From the IMG/VR virus record IMGVR_UViG_3300014169_000017, positions 1-32,590 of that record: a stretch of DNA of 32,590 bases, one strand, 5' to 3'. How positions within the stretch are numbered: position 1 is the first letter of the stretch; each line of letters begins with the position of its first letter. The notes beneath the pieces were generated by a model. The model worked only from the letters and a program-made list of their open reading frames with translations. It searched no databases and had not been told where the DNA came from. Below, in pieces: positions 8,465-19,400 of this stretch. Source of the DNA: a virus. Lineage: Duplodnaviria; Caudoviricetes. The position numbers and the translations under genes were made by a program.

Positions 8465-9697
8465 ATGAACTCCCTCGTGCGCGTCGCTACGATTGGGCCG
8501 GAGCCCGTCACCCTTGCGGCCATGAAAAACTGGCTGCGTGTGCCCGCGACCGTCGTGGCTGACGATCTGGAGATCACGGACCTTATCCAAGAGGCGCGGA
8601 TGCACTGCGAATTGCTCGCTAATTGCGCGCTGGTTCGCACGAAGTTCGTCCAGTACCTCGACCACTTTCCGGGTTGGAGTTCGCGCGAGCTCGAGTATTC
8701 GGGCAGCATCTCGGCCATGGGCGGAACCGGCGGCTGGGACGGCTATGGAATCGATCGGCATCACCGCTGGCACGGGGAAATCAAGGTCAAGCGGCCGCCG
8801 CTCGTGCAAGTGGGTCCGATTACCTTCATCGGGACCGACGGCCGGCCTTATACGCTGAACCCCGGCCAGGACTTCATCGTCGATGTGGCATCGAAAATCG
8901 GCCGCATCCGCCCGATTCCCTACACGGTTTGGCCGCTCACCCTGCATGTGCCGGCGGCCATCGCCATCCCCTTCCTCGCGGGCTATGCTCCGAACACGGA
9001 TGCTGTGCCACAGCCCGGCGGTCCGACTGAGCCCGAAGTGCTCACCGAGGATGTGAGCAACCCGGAATGGCAGCCGGGCGCGACCTATCAGCAGTACCAG
9101 TACGTCATCGACGCCGCGGGCTGCATCGAGGTTCAGATGAACGCGGGTCCGGTGGTCGCCGGATCCGGTTTGCCGACATGGGGAACGCCGGGCGGCGCTC
9201 CGGTCGCGGACGGGACCGCATCGTGGCAGAATGTCGGCCGATTGCAGGGCTTTTGGGCTCCGGGGCAGCTTTTCACCGCTCCCTGCGTAATTCTCGACTT
9301 CAATAGCAACCTGCAACTGCTGAACGTCTCAAGCCTCATCTCCCAGAATCTCGCGCCCTACTCGCTGCAGGCTGTGGGCGTCTCGCCCGTTCCATGGGCG
9401 TCGGCTTTGGGCGCTCTGTCGACCGATAACGGCGTCGCCGGCGCGTGGCGGTGCCTTGGCCAGTACCAGGCACTCGGCGACACCGGCCTTGCTTCCCCGA
9501 ATTCCCCGGAACAGCAAGCCGCGGTGACGGTGGATCTTACCCTGCCGCGCTGCGTGACACGCGCCATCAAAATGCTGGTGACGCACTGGTATTACAACCG
9601 GGAGCCGATCGCGCAAGGTTCGGTGGTCAAGGTTCCCCATGGCGTCGAGGATCTTCTCGGCGAGGTCACCATCCACGATTTTGCACCCACACCATAG
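8465..9697 (+). CDS. Head-tail connector (HK97 gp6 / phiE125 gp8-like) with a large internal insertion
   Basis: N-terminal EPVTLAAMKNWLRV..DD.EI..LI..AR..CE; C-terminal AIKMLVTHWYYNREP..VP.GVEDLL. Confidence 0.88.
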   Translation: MNSLVRVATIGPEPVTLAAMKNWLRVPATVVADDLEITDLIQEARMHCELLANCALVRTKFVQYLDHFPGWSSRELEYSGSISAMGGTGGWDGYGIDRHHRWHGEIKVKRPPLVQVGPITFIGTDGRPYTLNPGQDFIVDVASKIGRIRPIPYTVWPLTLHVPAAIAIPFLAGYAPNTDAVPQPGGPTEPEVLTEDVSNPEWQPGATYQQYQYVIDAAGCIEVQMNAGPVVAGSGLPTWGTPGGAPVADGTASWQNVGRLQGFWAPGQLFTAPCVILDFNSNLQLLNVSSLISQNLAPYSLQAVGVSPVPWASALGALSTDNGVAGAWRCLGQYQALGDTGLASPNSPEQQAAVTVDLTLPRCVTRAIKMLVTHWYYNREPIAQGSVVKVPHGVEDLLGEVTIHDFAPTP

Positions 9698-9705
9698 GAG
9701 ACAAC

Positions 9706-10125
9706 ATGATCCGAAAAATCGCTTCCGTTCTTTCCATGCTGGCGCTGACCGCCGTGCTGGCTTTTGCCGCACCCACGGCGCTCACCGTCAGCCTTCTCAA
9801 AGTCAACAATTATGCCGTGCAAGCCGGCGATTTGACGCTTACCCCGGTCGCTTGCGATGCGGTGAACGGCAATTCCTACCAGGCATCCGGGACCGAGATT
9901 CTTTTCGTCCAGAACACGGATACCTCGCCTCACACCTTCACCGTCAATAGCGTGCCCGATGCTTATGGCCGCACTGACACGTCGCTTGCGGCCTATAGCG
10001 TGGCTTCGGCGGGTCTGGCGGTGATTCAGATGAAACAGATGCAGGGATGGGCCGGCAGCGGCCAGATTGTCACGCTTACCTGCTCCTCCAACCTGCTGAA
10101 ATTCTCGGTTCTCCGCACGAACTAA
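9706..10125 (+). CDS. Neck-region virion-type protein (139 aa) with N-terminal signal peptide
   Basis: SD AGGAG before ATG 9706; MIRKIASVLSMLALTAVLAFA; D..NGNS...G.EILFVQN..T.TVNS..D.YGR core. Confidence 0.8.
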   Translation: MIRKIASVLSMLALTAVLAFAAPTALTVSLLKVNNYAVQAGDLTLTPVACDAVNGNSYQASGTEILFVQNTDTSPHTFTVNSVPDAYGRTDTSLAAYSVASAGLAVIQMKQMQGWAGSGQIVTLTCSSNLLKFSVLRTN

Positions 10126-10490
10126 TGCCCCTTCGTCGCCTAAGCTGGGTGCCGCATTCCATCGGTGGGATGCACTACCAGGTGCAGCTCTATTCCCAGG
10201 GCCAGCGCAATCCCACCGATGGAAGCACTATGCCGCCCAGCTTCGCCGTTACGACTTGGGCCGACGTTCGCGCGCTGCGTGGCGTCGAACTCGACAAAGC
10301 GCAGCAGATCGCCCAAGAGGTTGAGCACCTCATCACGATCCCTTACCAGCCCGGAGTGACCGAAAACATGCGGATCGACTTTGACGGGCGAACCTTCGAA
10401 ATCCGCTACATCGAAGATCAGGATGAGCGAAAGTTTTTCCTTGATTTATATTGCGCCGAAATCGGGCAAAACGCCGGGTCTGCGACCTAA
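10125..10490 (+). CDS. Head closure / head-tail adaptor (SPP1 gp16-like)
   Basis: TAATG overlap; WADVRALRG.E, ITI.Y.PGVT..MRI.FDGRTFEI..I.D..ER...L.L.C.E. Confidence 0.9.
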   Translation: MPLRRLSWVPHSIGGMHYQVQLYSQGQRNPTDGSTMPPSFAVTTWADVRALRGVELDKAQQIAQEVEHLITIPYQPGVTENMRIDFDGRTFEIRYIEDQDERKFFLDLYCAEIGQNAGSAT

Positions 10491-10505
10491 GCGGGGTTCA
10501 ACAAC

Positions 10506-10913
10506 ATGAGAGCCTTCCACAATTTCATCTCGCCGAAGCCGCCGACGGCAGATCCCACGCTGGTGTCATCCCAGAACTGGAATGACGTCCAACCCGCGGG
10601 AGTCTGTCCTGCCGCATATACCGCATCCGGCATCGTTCCCACACAAGTTGATTACATCCGCGCAACCGGCGGCGCGAATGGCATCGCGCTCCAGCTCACG
10701 CCCGGCATCTTCCAGGCGCAGGGTCCAAACGGAACGGTCGGGATCTACCAAACCTATTTTGCGATGAAAGTGGACGCCGGCGCTGGCGTCGTGACCTTCT
10801 CCGACGTGAACGGCGCGCTGATCAATGGCGGCGCAACCTATACCCTCGAAAACCAGTTTCAGTGGGCAATCTTCATGTGGAACGGCACCTCATGGGACGT
10901 ATTCGGCAACTAG
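10506..10913 (+). CDS. Short fibre-associated virion protein (135 aa)
   Basis: N-terminal H.F.S.K....DPTLV...NWN and C-terminal ING..TYTL..Q.......WNGTSW, both resembling phage fibre modules. Confidence 0.6.
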   Translation: MRAFHNFISPKPPTADPTLVSSQNWNDVQPAGVCPAAYTASGIVPTQVDYIRATGGANGIALQLTPGIFQAQGPNGTVGIYQTYFAMKVDAGAGVVTFSDVNGALINGGATYTLENQFQWAIFMWNGTSWDVFGN

Positions 10914-10923
10914 GAAACCAGTC

Positions 10924-13900
10924 ATGAAAAAACTCATTTTGCTCGCAACGCTCCTCGCAGCGCTGTGTCTCCCCAGCTTTACCCAGGACGCCGGAGTGGC
11001 GACGCGCATCGCTTATGGGCCGTCGCTGCCCTCGGGCGCTCCGATCTGGTACTACTTCACGCTGACGAACGGCACCGGCCTCTATCAGTGCCAGCACGCG
11101 CCGGATTGCACCTCAAGCGCGCAGTGGGTGCTCATCGGCCCGGGAACTGGCGGCGGCGGCGGCGGGTCGGCGATTTGGAACAATATCGGTGCGCCGAACG
11201 GGGCTTATAACCCGACCATGGGCACGTGGACCTCAGATTTTCAGTACACCGCTTCGGTCAACGCCTTTGAGTGGACCAACAGCACGCCGGCGACCAATAC
11301 CTATAACAACAATTCGCCGGCCATCATGCTCGGTGGCACTTATTGGAACGGGAGCGCGAGCAATCTTGATTACTGGTCGGTGGTCGATGTCTTAGGGACG
11401 GGCTCGAATCCGACCTCGCAACTTTACCTCGAGCACTATGGCTCAACCGGCAAAGCGTCGGTGTGGGTGCCAGCCATCACCATCCAAGGTTGTCCGGCGG
11501 GCTCGGTGGTTCTCGCCGACGGAACCGGCTGCTACACGCTGCCAGCGAATAGCAGCCTGTGGAGCGCGCTGCAGGCGCCGAACACGGCCCTGAACCTGAC
11601 GATGGGCGAGTATGCGACCGGCTTTCTCTATTCGGGATCCAGCCCGGCCGGGCTCGTCGGCTATCTCGGCATGAGCTGGACCAACACCGGCGCCGCGACG
11701 TCCTCACAGTCGCAAGACTCGCCGATGATGGGTTACGGCGGAAATTATTGGACCGGCAGCGCTTCGGCCGCCGATTTGTGGACAACGCAGCCACTTATCG
11801 CCGCCGGCGCGAACGGCTCGAGCATTTACACCTTCACGCACACCGGAACCAGCGGTTTTGCGGCCGTCAGCGCTCCAAATCTCGTAATTCCGGGGCAAGC
11901 CGCCGGATGCGCGGCCTTCACCACGGTTTCGGGCGTTTCTGGCGTTCTGCAGTCCACAGGAAGCCCTTGCGGATCCACGGGCGGAATGGTCTACCCGTCC
12001 GGCACCGGCATCGCTGTGGTCACCGGGGGCGCGTCCTGGGGCACTACGCTCACGGTTGGCAACGGCGCGAACAACATCCCGCAACTCGATTCGAACGCCC
12101 ACATTGCGGCCGCTTCGCTGCCGACCAATGCCGTCGTGACGAACTCGGCGGCCACGCAAAACATCGTCCAGCCGGCGGGCACGACAGCGAACGTCAATTC
12201 GCTCGAGCAAACCCGGTATGTCGATTCAAGCTGGAACTGGTCGCAGACCATCTCCGGCACCCTGACCGGCGGGACACAGGCGACCGTCACTTTGACTCCC
12301 TGCCCGCGCGGCATCGACGCATCCGGCGATTACCACCTGGGCGTAATCAGCGGTTGGAATGGGACGGCGTTTTCCGGTCCGGGCGGCTATCAGGTCACGA
12401 TCGCCGGTACCGGGACCACAGAACCCGTTTTCGTGACGGGTGGCTCCTGCACAACCGGCGCCTCGACCGGCACCATCGTTTTCACGCCCTATTACAGCCA
12501 CACGACGGGCTACACGATCAGTTCAGCCTCGCAGGGCATCCAAGAAGCCATCAACGACGGCTGCAGCCCCAGCGGCGTGCCCTCGCCGACGTATTACCTC
12601 AACAACAATTGCCACATCGTCATCCCGCCGGGCCTCTACAACGTCACCGGCCGCATTTTCCTGCACACGAATCAGTCCCAAGTCTCCGGCTATGGCGCTG
12701 TGCTGCAGTGCTCGGGCCGCGGGCCGTGCCTTGAAATCGGGCACGAAATGGACAGCTCGATCAACAATGACACGATCGAAGGTCTTGGCTTCCGCGTCGC
12801 CTCGAATCTGGCGACCGATCAGAGCTATGCCGGGTGCAATATCACCCAAACCCAGCGCACCTCGGGAGTCGTCACCATCACCACAAGCGGTACCTGCCCG
12901 CTTCGCACGGGCGACCCGGTTTCGATCCTTTACACGGATAACACCTCGTTCTGGGGCGACGTTCCCTACATCACCGTCACCGGGGCGAACACTTTCACCT
13001 ATCCCCGGTACGGCGTCCCTGACATCGCGGCGCAGACCACGCCGGGCGTCGTCATCCTGAACTTTGCGATGGTTCTCGACAACGCGCAAAAGACGATTCT
13101 CAACGACATCACCCTGGCGAACGGCGGACAGGCCGGCAACTTCGCCAACATCTTCGACTTCTGGGATGATGAAGCGGCCGCCATCCGCGGCTTCAACAAC
13201 AGCGCGGCGACGCCAGTAAATGCGGCCACCTGGGGCGGCAGCTTCGTGTACTCCGCCGGCGCCAACAACCTGCCGAATCCCTCGGTACAACTCGCCTCGG
13301 TCATCTCGTGGCGGGATTCGAACGTCACCGCGAACCTCACGAGCTGCGCGACCATCTTCAACAGCAACGGGTTTTACGTCCATGATCTGATTTGCCAAGC
13401 GGCCGGGCCCTGGCAATTCAACGTCTCAAACATCACCGGCAACTATCAGGGCGCGAACCTCGAGAACGTCTACAGCGAGTCGAATGCGGGCCTCAATCCC
13501 GCGAGCCCCGCGCATAACCCGTTCCCCGGTACCGGAATCGCCGGGTTGATCGCCGGGCCATCCACAGGCGCGGCCTATTTCCGCATCTCTGGATCTTCCG
13601 GGCTCCAAGGCGCATTCCCCTCGGGCGGCACCGGCTCGACGGCCATCACGTATTACATTGTCGGGCATGACACAACCGCGAATACCTACTCCGCGCCGCT
13701 GCCGGTTTTCACGTGGAACACGACGGGAAGCGACACGATCCCGTTCAACTTCCCGCGCATGTCGTCCTACACGAATCCGACCGATGCCATCAGCTATGAC
13801 ATCCTGAAAATGGCTTCGCCCGGCGGCATCGCCACGGGTACCGGGACGGCCGGGCCGAATCCCTATCCCTATGTCGGCGGCTGTCCTGGCGGCTCGAACA

Positions 13901-16413
13901 CGGCATGCGGCCTGGTCGCGACGAAAACACAGGCGCAAGCCTGCGGCAATAGCCTCGTTTGCACTTACACCGATACCGGCGGTTCGGTGACGTCGGCCTA
14001 CACCATCAACGAAGGCACCTTCCAACCCGTGCAAGCGTTCTGGCCGGGCGCGGTGGTCACTTCGAATCGCAGCATCCAAACCGACTCGGAGCAGGGTCCG
14101 GCGGTGGGCGTCGCTTTGAGCGCGAGTCCGCTGCAAATCGTGGGCCAATGCTTGGGCGGCGTTACCAGTCCGGGCGGCTATTCCATTTGCACCAACAGCC
14201 TCACAACGGCCAACAATAGCGTTCCTTCGCAGACGGCGCTGCTCCTGCCCGAAGGCGTCGACCATGGCGGCGCCGGCACCGGCGGTGCGACGTCCTGGGT
14301 TCCGCGCAAAGGCCGCATCAACTTCGGCCAATCGCCCTGGTCGGTCTATCAGCCGACGCACCTCATTACGCTCGTCGATTCGCAGGCCGCGCTTACGCGT
14401 GCGACGCCGGGCTATCGGCCGGTTGCCAGCGTAAATGACACGTGGATCGGAACGGATGAAGCCATGAGCGGCGTGGCCGGCAGCCAAGGGCGTCTCGCCA
14501 TGGGCTCTCCGGTCGCCATTTCCGAGTACATCGGCAAGGTTGGCAACCCCAGCAATGGCGATGTTCCATCGGAAACCTTGACCGCGACCGGCAAGACGCT
14601 GAATGTCCAGCTCACGGTCAACGGCAATCTCGTGGTCACCGGGTCGGTGACGTGCGGATCCGGTTGCGGAAGCAGCTTCGCTTATCCGGCGGGCACCGGC
14701 GTGGTCACCGTGTCCACTGGCACGGCCTGGGGCTCGACGCTGGGGCTTTCCGGCACCGGCACAAGCCTACTCACGAATGCGAGCCCCGTATTCACCGGGA
14801 CCATGACCGGCCCGACCTTCGTCGGAAACCTCACCGGCAATGCCAGCGGCCTTTCGGCGAACATTGCGGAATCACAGGTCACAAACCTCACCAGCGACCT
14901 CGGCCTGCGCGCGCTACTCTCTGGCGCATCCTTCACGGGCCTCGTCACAAGCACGGTGGGCTTCACGGCGCCGCAGTTCTGCATCGGCTCGAGCTGCATC
15001 ACCTCCTGGCCTTCGGGCAGCGGCGGTGGCGGCATCACCCCGACCTCTCTGGCGAATGCCCAAGTGGTTGTGGCGACCGGGGCGTCGACCGCAACGAGCT
15101 ATCCGGGCTTTACCAGTGACGGCTCGGCGAACGTGACCGTCAATAGCCTCACGGCCGGCGGCACGGCGTCTCCCGACCTTTTCACCGCGCAAGCAGCTCC
15201 CAGCACCCCGACCGGCAACACCTGGGCGGAGTGGATGGATTCGACAAACCTTGTTCCCACTTGGGAAGGCGCTGCGGGCCAGAAGTTTGTCGCCGTTACG
15301 CCTCTTGCCGCGTCCGGCGGCAACTGCGTCACCGGGATCTCGGCATCGGGCGTCCCGTCGACCGGAGCCTGCGGCGGCACGCCGGCAACCACAACTCCGC
15401 TCATGGATGGCACCGGCGCGGTCGGAACGTCGACCAATTACGCGCGCGCAGACCATGTGCATCCGACGGACACCTCGCGGGCTCCGCTCGCAAATCCCAC
15501 CTTCACCGTAGGCGTCACGGCTCCGCAATTCTGCATCACTGCCGGCGCCTGCATTTCCGCGTGGCCAAGCGGCAGCGGCCTGCCGACGGTGGTAAACGGT
15601 TCGGTCCTTATGGGCGTCGGCGGCGTCTGGACCGCGGTCGCGGTCCCGAATAGCGCTGGCAATCCGCTCGTTTTCAACAACTCGACGGACACGTTCAGCA
15701 CCCTCCTGCATGTGGACGTTGGCGAGCCCGTCAGCGCGGCCATCACGTCTGGCGGGAACATCTCGTCATCGTGGGATCAGACGGTGCAACTCATCAATTG
15801 CACCACAAATTGCACTGTCAACCTGCTGGCGCCGACGGGCAGCTCGGGAAACTTCCGGGCCGGCTTCATGGTGACGCTATTCAATATCAGCACGACGACA
15901 ACCATCACCATCACCGCAACCACCTCGGCAATCACGGCCGGGCCGACGTCGCTCCTGCCCGGTCAATCCGCGAGTTATAAGACGGACGGCAGCACGTGGT
16001 ATGCGCCGGGCGGATCTGGTCCGGTGTCGGGCACGACGACGACATTCTGGGCTATGGGTCCGAATCCGGTACCGCTCACCTCGAGCATGGTGATTTTCGG
16101 ACCCGTCCCCGTTTCGCAGCCCATTTCGATTCCGACCAATGGCGCGAACTCGATCGGCACGAGCCAGTTCATCCTCGGAACGCTGCCGACGGCGAGCTGG
16201 ACCGCGACGCTCTATCACATCGCCGCATCGACCGCCGGATGCACCGGAACCTCAACCTCGATGGGCACCGTCGCCATCTCGACAACCGGCGCGCAGACTT
16301 GGAGCCTGACGGCGACCAATTTCGCGATCGGTGACTGCATCAAAGTGGTCGCGCCCTCGAGCGTCGACACAACCGCAGCAAATCCAACCCTGTCTCTCGT
16401 CATGGTGAAATAG
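10924..16413 (+). CDS. Giant (1829 aa) Gly/Ser/Thr/Cys-rich tail fibre/tailspike-like protein with signal peptide
   Basis: Start at MKKLILLATLLAALCLPSFTQ; GIQEAIND...IPPGLYNV beta-helix cap; IAESQVTNLTSDL and YARADHVHPTDTSRAPLANPTFT fibre motifs. Confidence 0.8.
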   Translation: MKKLILLATLLAALCLPSFTQDAGVATRIAYGPSLPSGAPIWYYFTLTNGTGLYQCQHAPDCTSSAQWVLIGPGTGGGGGGSAIWNNIGAPNGAYNPTMGTWTSDFQYTASVNAFEWTNSTPATNTYNNNSPAIMLGGTYWNGSASNLDYWSVVDVLGTGSNPTSQLYLEHYGSTGKASVWVPAITIQGCPAGSVVLADGTGCYTLPANSSLWSALQAPNTALNLTMGEYATGFLYSGSSPAGLVGYLGMSWTNTGAATSSQSQDSPMMGYGGNYWTGSASAADLWTTQPLIAAGANGSSIYTFTHTGTSGFAAVSAPNLVIPGQAAGCAAFTTVSGVSGVLQSTGSPCGSTGGMVYPSGTGIAVVTGGASWGTTLTVGNGANNIPQLDSNAHIAAASLPTNAVVTNSAATQNIVQPAGTTANVNSLEQTRYVDSSWNWSQTISGTLTGGTQATVTLTPCPRGIDASGDYHLGVISGWNGTAFSGPGGYQVTIAGTGTTEPVFVTGGSCTTGASTGTIVFTPYYSHTTGYTISSASQGIQEAINDGCSPSGVPSPTYYLNNNCHIVIPPGLYNVTGRIFLHTNQSQVSGYGAVLQCSGRGPCLEIGHEMDSSINNDTIEGLGFRVASNLATDQSYAGCNITQTQRTSGVVTITTSGTCPLRTGDPVSILYTDNTSFWGDVPYITVTGANTFTYPRYGVPDIAAQTTPGVVILNFAMVLDNAQKTILNDITLANGGQAGNFANIFDFWDDEAAAIRGFNNSAATPVNAATWGGSFVYSAGANNLPNPSVQLASVISWRDSNVTANLTSCATIFNSNGFYVHDLICQAAGPWQFNVSNITGNYQGANLENVYSESNAGLNPASPAHNPFPGTGIAGLIAGPSTGAAYFRISGSSGLQGAFPSGGTGSTAITYYIVGHDTTANTYSAPLPVFTWNTTGSDTIPFNFPRMSSYTNPTDAISYDILKMASPGGIATGTGTAGPNPYPYVGGCPGGSNTACGLVATKTQAQACGNSLVCTYTDTGGSVTSAYTINEGTFQPVQAFWPGAVVTSNRSIQTDSEQGPAVGVALSASPLQIVGQCLGGVTSPGGYSICTNSLTTANNSVPSQTALLLPEGVDHGGAGTGGATSWVPRKGRINFGQSPWSVYQPTHLITLVDSQAALTRATPGYRPVASVNDTWIGTDEAMSGVAGSQGRLAMGSPVAISEYIGKVGNPSNGDVPSETLTATGKTLNVQLTVNGNLVVTGSVTCGSGCGSSFAYPAGTGVVTVSTGTAWGSTLGLSGTGTSLLTNASPVFTGTMTGPTFVGNLTGNASGLSANIAESQVTNLTSDLGLRALLSGASFTGLVTSTVGFTAPQFCIGSSCITSWPSGSGGGGITPTSLANAQVVVATGASTATSYPGFTSDGSANVTVNSLTAGGTASPDLFTAQAAPSTPTGNTWAEWMDSTNLVPTWEGAAGQKFVAVTPLAASGGNCVTGISASGVPSTGACGGTPATTTPLMDGTGAVGTSTNYARADHVHPTDTSRAPLANPTFTVGVTAPQFCITAGACISAWPSGSGLPTVVNGSVLMGVGGVWTAVAVPNSAGNPLVFNNSTDTFSTLLHVDVGEPVSAAITSGGNISSSWDQTVQLINCTTNCTVNLLAPTGSSGNFRAGFMVTLFNISTTTTITITATTSAITAGPTSLLPGQSASYKTDGSTWYAPGGSGPVSGTTTTFWAMGPNPVPLTSSMVIFGPVPVSQPISIPTNGANSIGTSQFILGTLPTASWTATLYHIAASTAGCTGTSTSMGTVAISTTGAQTWSLTATNFAIGDCIKVVAPSSVDTTAANPTLSLVMVK
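11167..15579 (+). repeat. Internal protein-level repeat pairs in the 1829-aa protein
   Basis: W..I/L.AP...TMG..WTN...SP...GG.YW.GSAS (x2, ~11167 and ~11551); YP.GTG...V..G..WG.TL (x2, 11992 and 14683); TAPQFCI...CI..WPSGSG (x2, 14965 and 15517). Confidence 0.75.
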
Positions 16414-19400
16414 TGCGTAAATTCGTCCTCTTTTTCGCCGCAATTCTGCTGCTAATTGCTGCACTGCCAGCGCGAGCGCAGACCTTCCAAACGGCCTATC
16501 AGTGCGCCAGCGGCAGCGCAAGCTGCATCCTCAATAGCACTTCGTTCTCCGTGACCGCCGGCTGGAACGCCGTGGTCATGGTGTCCGACGCCACCTACAC
16601 CGCTGGCACCTTCTCCGTCAGCGATACCAATGGAGACACTTTCAGCGCATGCGCGGGACCGGTGTCGATCAGTTCAAGTCTCATCGGGGAGCTGTTTTGC
16701 GTAAATTTCGGGACGACAAATTCCACGGAAGCCGTAACCTGCAGCGTCTCAAGCTCCGCCGGCTATCTCGCATGCGGCATTACGATCTATTCCGGCGGCT
16801 ATAACGTTGTCGACCAACACCAGACCTCGACCACATCGAGCGCCAGCAGCAACCTCACCAGCGGCGCGACGCCGACGACGACGGCGGCCTCGGAACTTGT
16901 GGTTGGCGGCTTTCTCAGTGACGGCGCCAACTCCTATACCTATACCGCGACGGGCGGCTACACCCTGCGCGGCGGCAGCCGCACCTCTTTCCATACCGAC
17001 GACATGGAGCTGGAGGATCTGAACGTCAGCAGTACCGGCGCGCAAACCGCGACCGCAACCGTCAGCACTTCGACTACAAGTGTTGGCCTGGTCGTCACGC
17101 TGAAAGCCGGATCCACACCGGCGGCCGCGCCCACGCTGACGATTGGGACCGGTACCTATTCGACGAATCAATCCCCGGTCGCGTCGACGACTACCACCGG
17201 CACGGTCATCCTCTGTTGGAACTTTGGTTCTTCGCCCGCGACGCCGGTCACCAATGGCCTCGGAACCGGATGCACCAATGGCACCTCGCTCGCAAACGGC
17301 GGGACACTCTCCATCACGGCAACTGGAACGCTCAAGATCGTCGCCGGCAGCAGCGCGAATTCCGATAGCACGGTGACGAGCGCCGTTTACACCATGCAAG
17401 GCGCGGCTCCCAGCATTTCGCCTGGAGTGGGCGTGTACCCGAACGGACAACTCATCACCCTCACCCCGCCATCAGGGTTCGGAGCCTGCTACAGCACTTC
17501 GGGCACTCCAATTAGCAATGGCAGCGGCGGATGCACCTCGGGCACTCTCTATTCCTCCCCATTTTCCCTGGGATCGAACGTTACGACTCAAAGGCTTTAC
17601 GCCATTTCGATCAAGAGCGGCTGGACCGACAGCACGGTCGCAACGCAAGCCAGCGCAATCCCGACGGCCGTATCGGAAACCGGCACCACGGTCACAGTGA
17701 CGAGCAATTTGAATCCTGGCGTGAACGTTCCAATCACCGTCGTCAGCGCCGTGCCCACTGGCTACAATGGCACCTTTCTAACAACCTCCAGCAATTCCAC
17801 GAGCTATACCTATACGGCTGCTTCTGGCTTGGGAACGGTCACGACTCTGCCGGGCGCCGTGCAAACGAGCTACGATCTCTATCCGCAGTTGGCGGTCCCC
17901 ACGATTTCGCCGGATGGGGGATCTTTCACCGGGCCGCAGAGTGTCACGCTGAGCTGCGGGGGAACGTGCTGCTACACGACGGACGGCTCGACTCCGACCG
18001 AGGCAAACAATCAGTGCATCAATGGGACAACCTATTCGAGTCCCTTCAACACCATCACGAGCGGCACCGAAACGCTAAATGTGTTGGGCACAAGTTCGGG
18101 GAGCGCCGATAATACGGCGACCGCGACCTTCACCATCTCCGAGGCGACGGCTGCAACCCCGACAAGTAGCCTGGCGGCGGGTGCGTACTTCTTATCTCAG
18201 ACCGGAGTGACGCTGAGCGATGCCACGAGCGGCGCCGCAATTACTTACTGCACGGACACGACGAATACATGCACTCCGGGCACGTCTTATTCCTCCTCGC
18301 TGACAGTGAGTTCGACCGAATATCTCCGCGCGCAGGCGACCGCGACCGGGTACAACAACAGCGCGGTTGCTTCTTATTATTACGTGATCGCCCCCGCCGA
18401 TCAGACGGGATCATATGCGTTTAGCGACAATTTCCAGAACTATGAAAACGCGAATGCCAAGGACGGTTTCCAGTTAGCATTCGACGCATGGAACACTGCC
18501 GGGCAGTGGACCGCCGGCGGCACCGCGCCCACTTATAACACCGGCGTGGCCACAATTCTCGATGTGACGCGTGGAGGCTCGAACGTCCAGCTCACGCAGT
18601 ACGGGAATGCCGAACTCGCATTTGCCACATTCACGGGAGCGACCGGATTCACCGCCGGCCAGTATTCGAAAGCTTATGTCCACAATGGCACCGGCACCGG
18701 GCCGCAGTGCGTTTTCGTCTATGCGAGCACATCGGGTGATCCGGCGACCGGCACCGCTTATGCTTTTTGCGTAAACCCACCTTCCTCCACCGCTGGCCTC
18801 TATAAGCTGGTCAGCGACTCGCCAAGCTCCATGGCCTCTGCCTCGAGTCTGACGATCGCGGACGGCTCGACGATCGAACTGCGGGCGCTGCCCGGCCAGA
18901 TTCAGCCGCTCCTCAACGGTGCGGCAGTTAGCGGCTGGTCATCGGTCTACAACGATTCGACTTATACCAGCGGCAATCCGGGTGTAAGTGGAGCGGGAAT
19001 TTATAACTGGACCGGCGGAACGATCAACGCGACATCGGCTCCGACAGCGATTACCTGGGGCGGCGCGACTTACTCGACTCATGGCCCGTTCGCCTGGACG
19101 AGCTCGAGTGACACATCTTCCGCCACATGGCCATGGAATAGTTCGACCGCGGCGCTCGTCGAAGTTCCGACCATCGGCGTTTACGTGCTCAACACCGGAG
19201 TGTCGGCCAACGGCACAACCGTCACTCTAACCTCAACGCTCAATCCGGGCGTAGGCGCATCCGTTGAAGTGAGCGGCATGTCGCCGGTGACGCTGAACGG
19301 TGTTTTCACCACAACGGCCAGCAGCTCGAGCTCTTTCAGTTATGCCAACACGACAACCGGCTGGGCAATCAGTTCGATTACTGAATCGGGCACGACTGCC

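Noticed and set aside
11559-12734. 391-aa alternative-frame + strand ORF and others nested in the giant genes
   Set aside because: Arg/His-rich off-frame artefacts of GC3 bias
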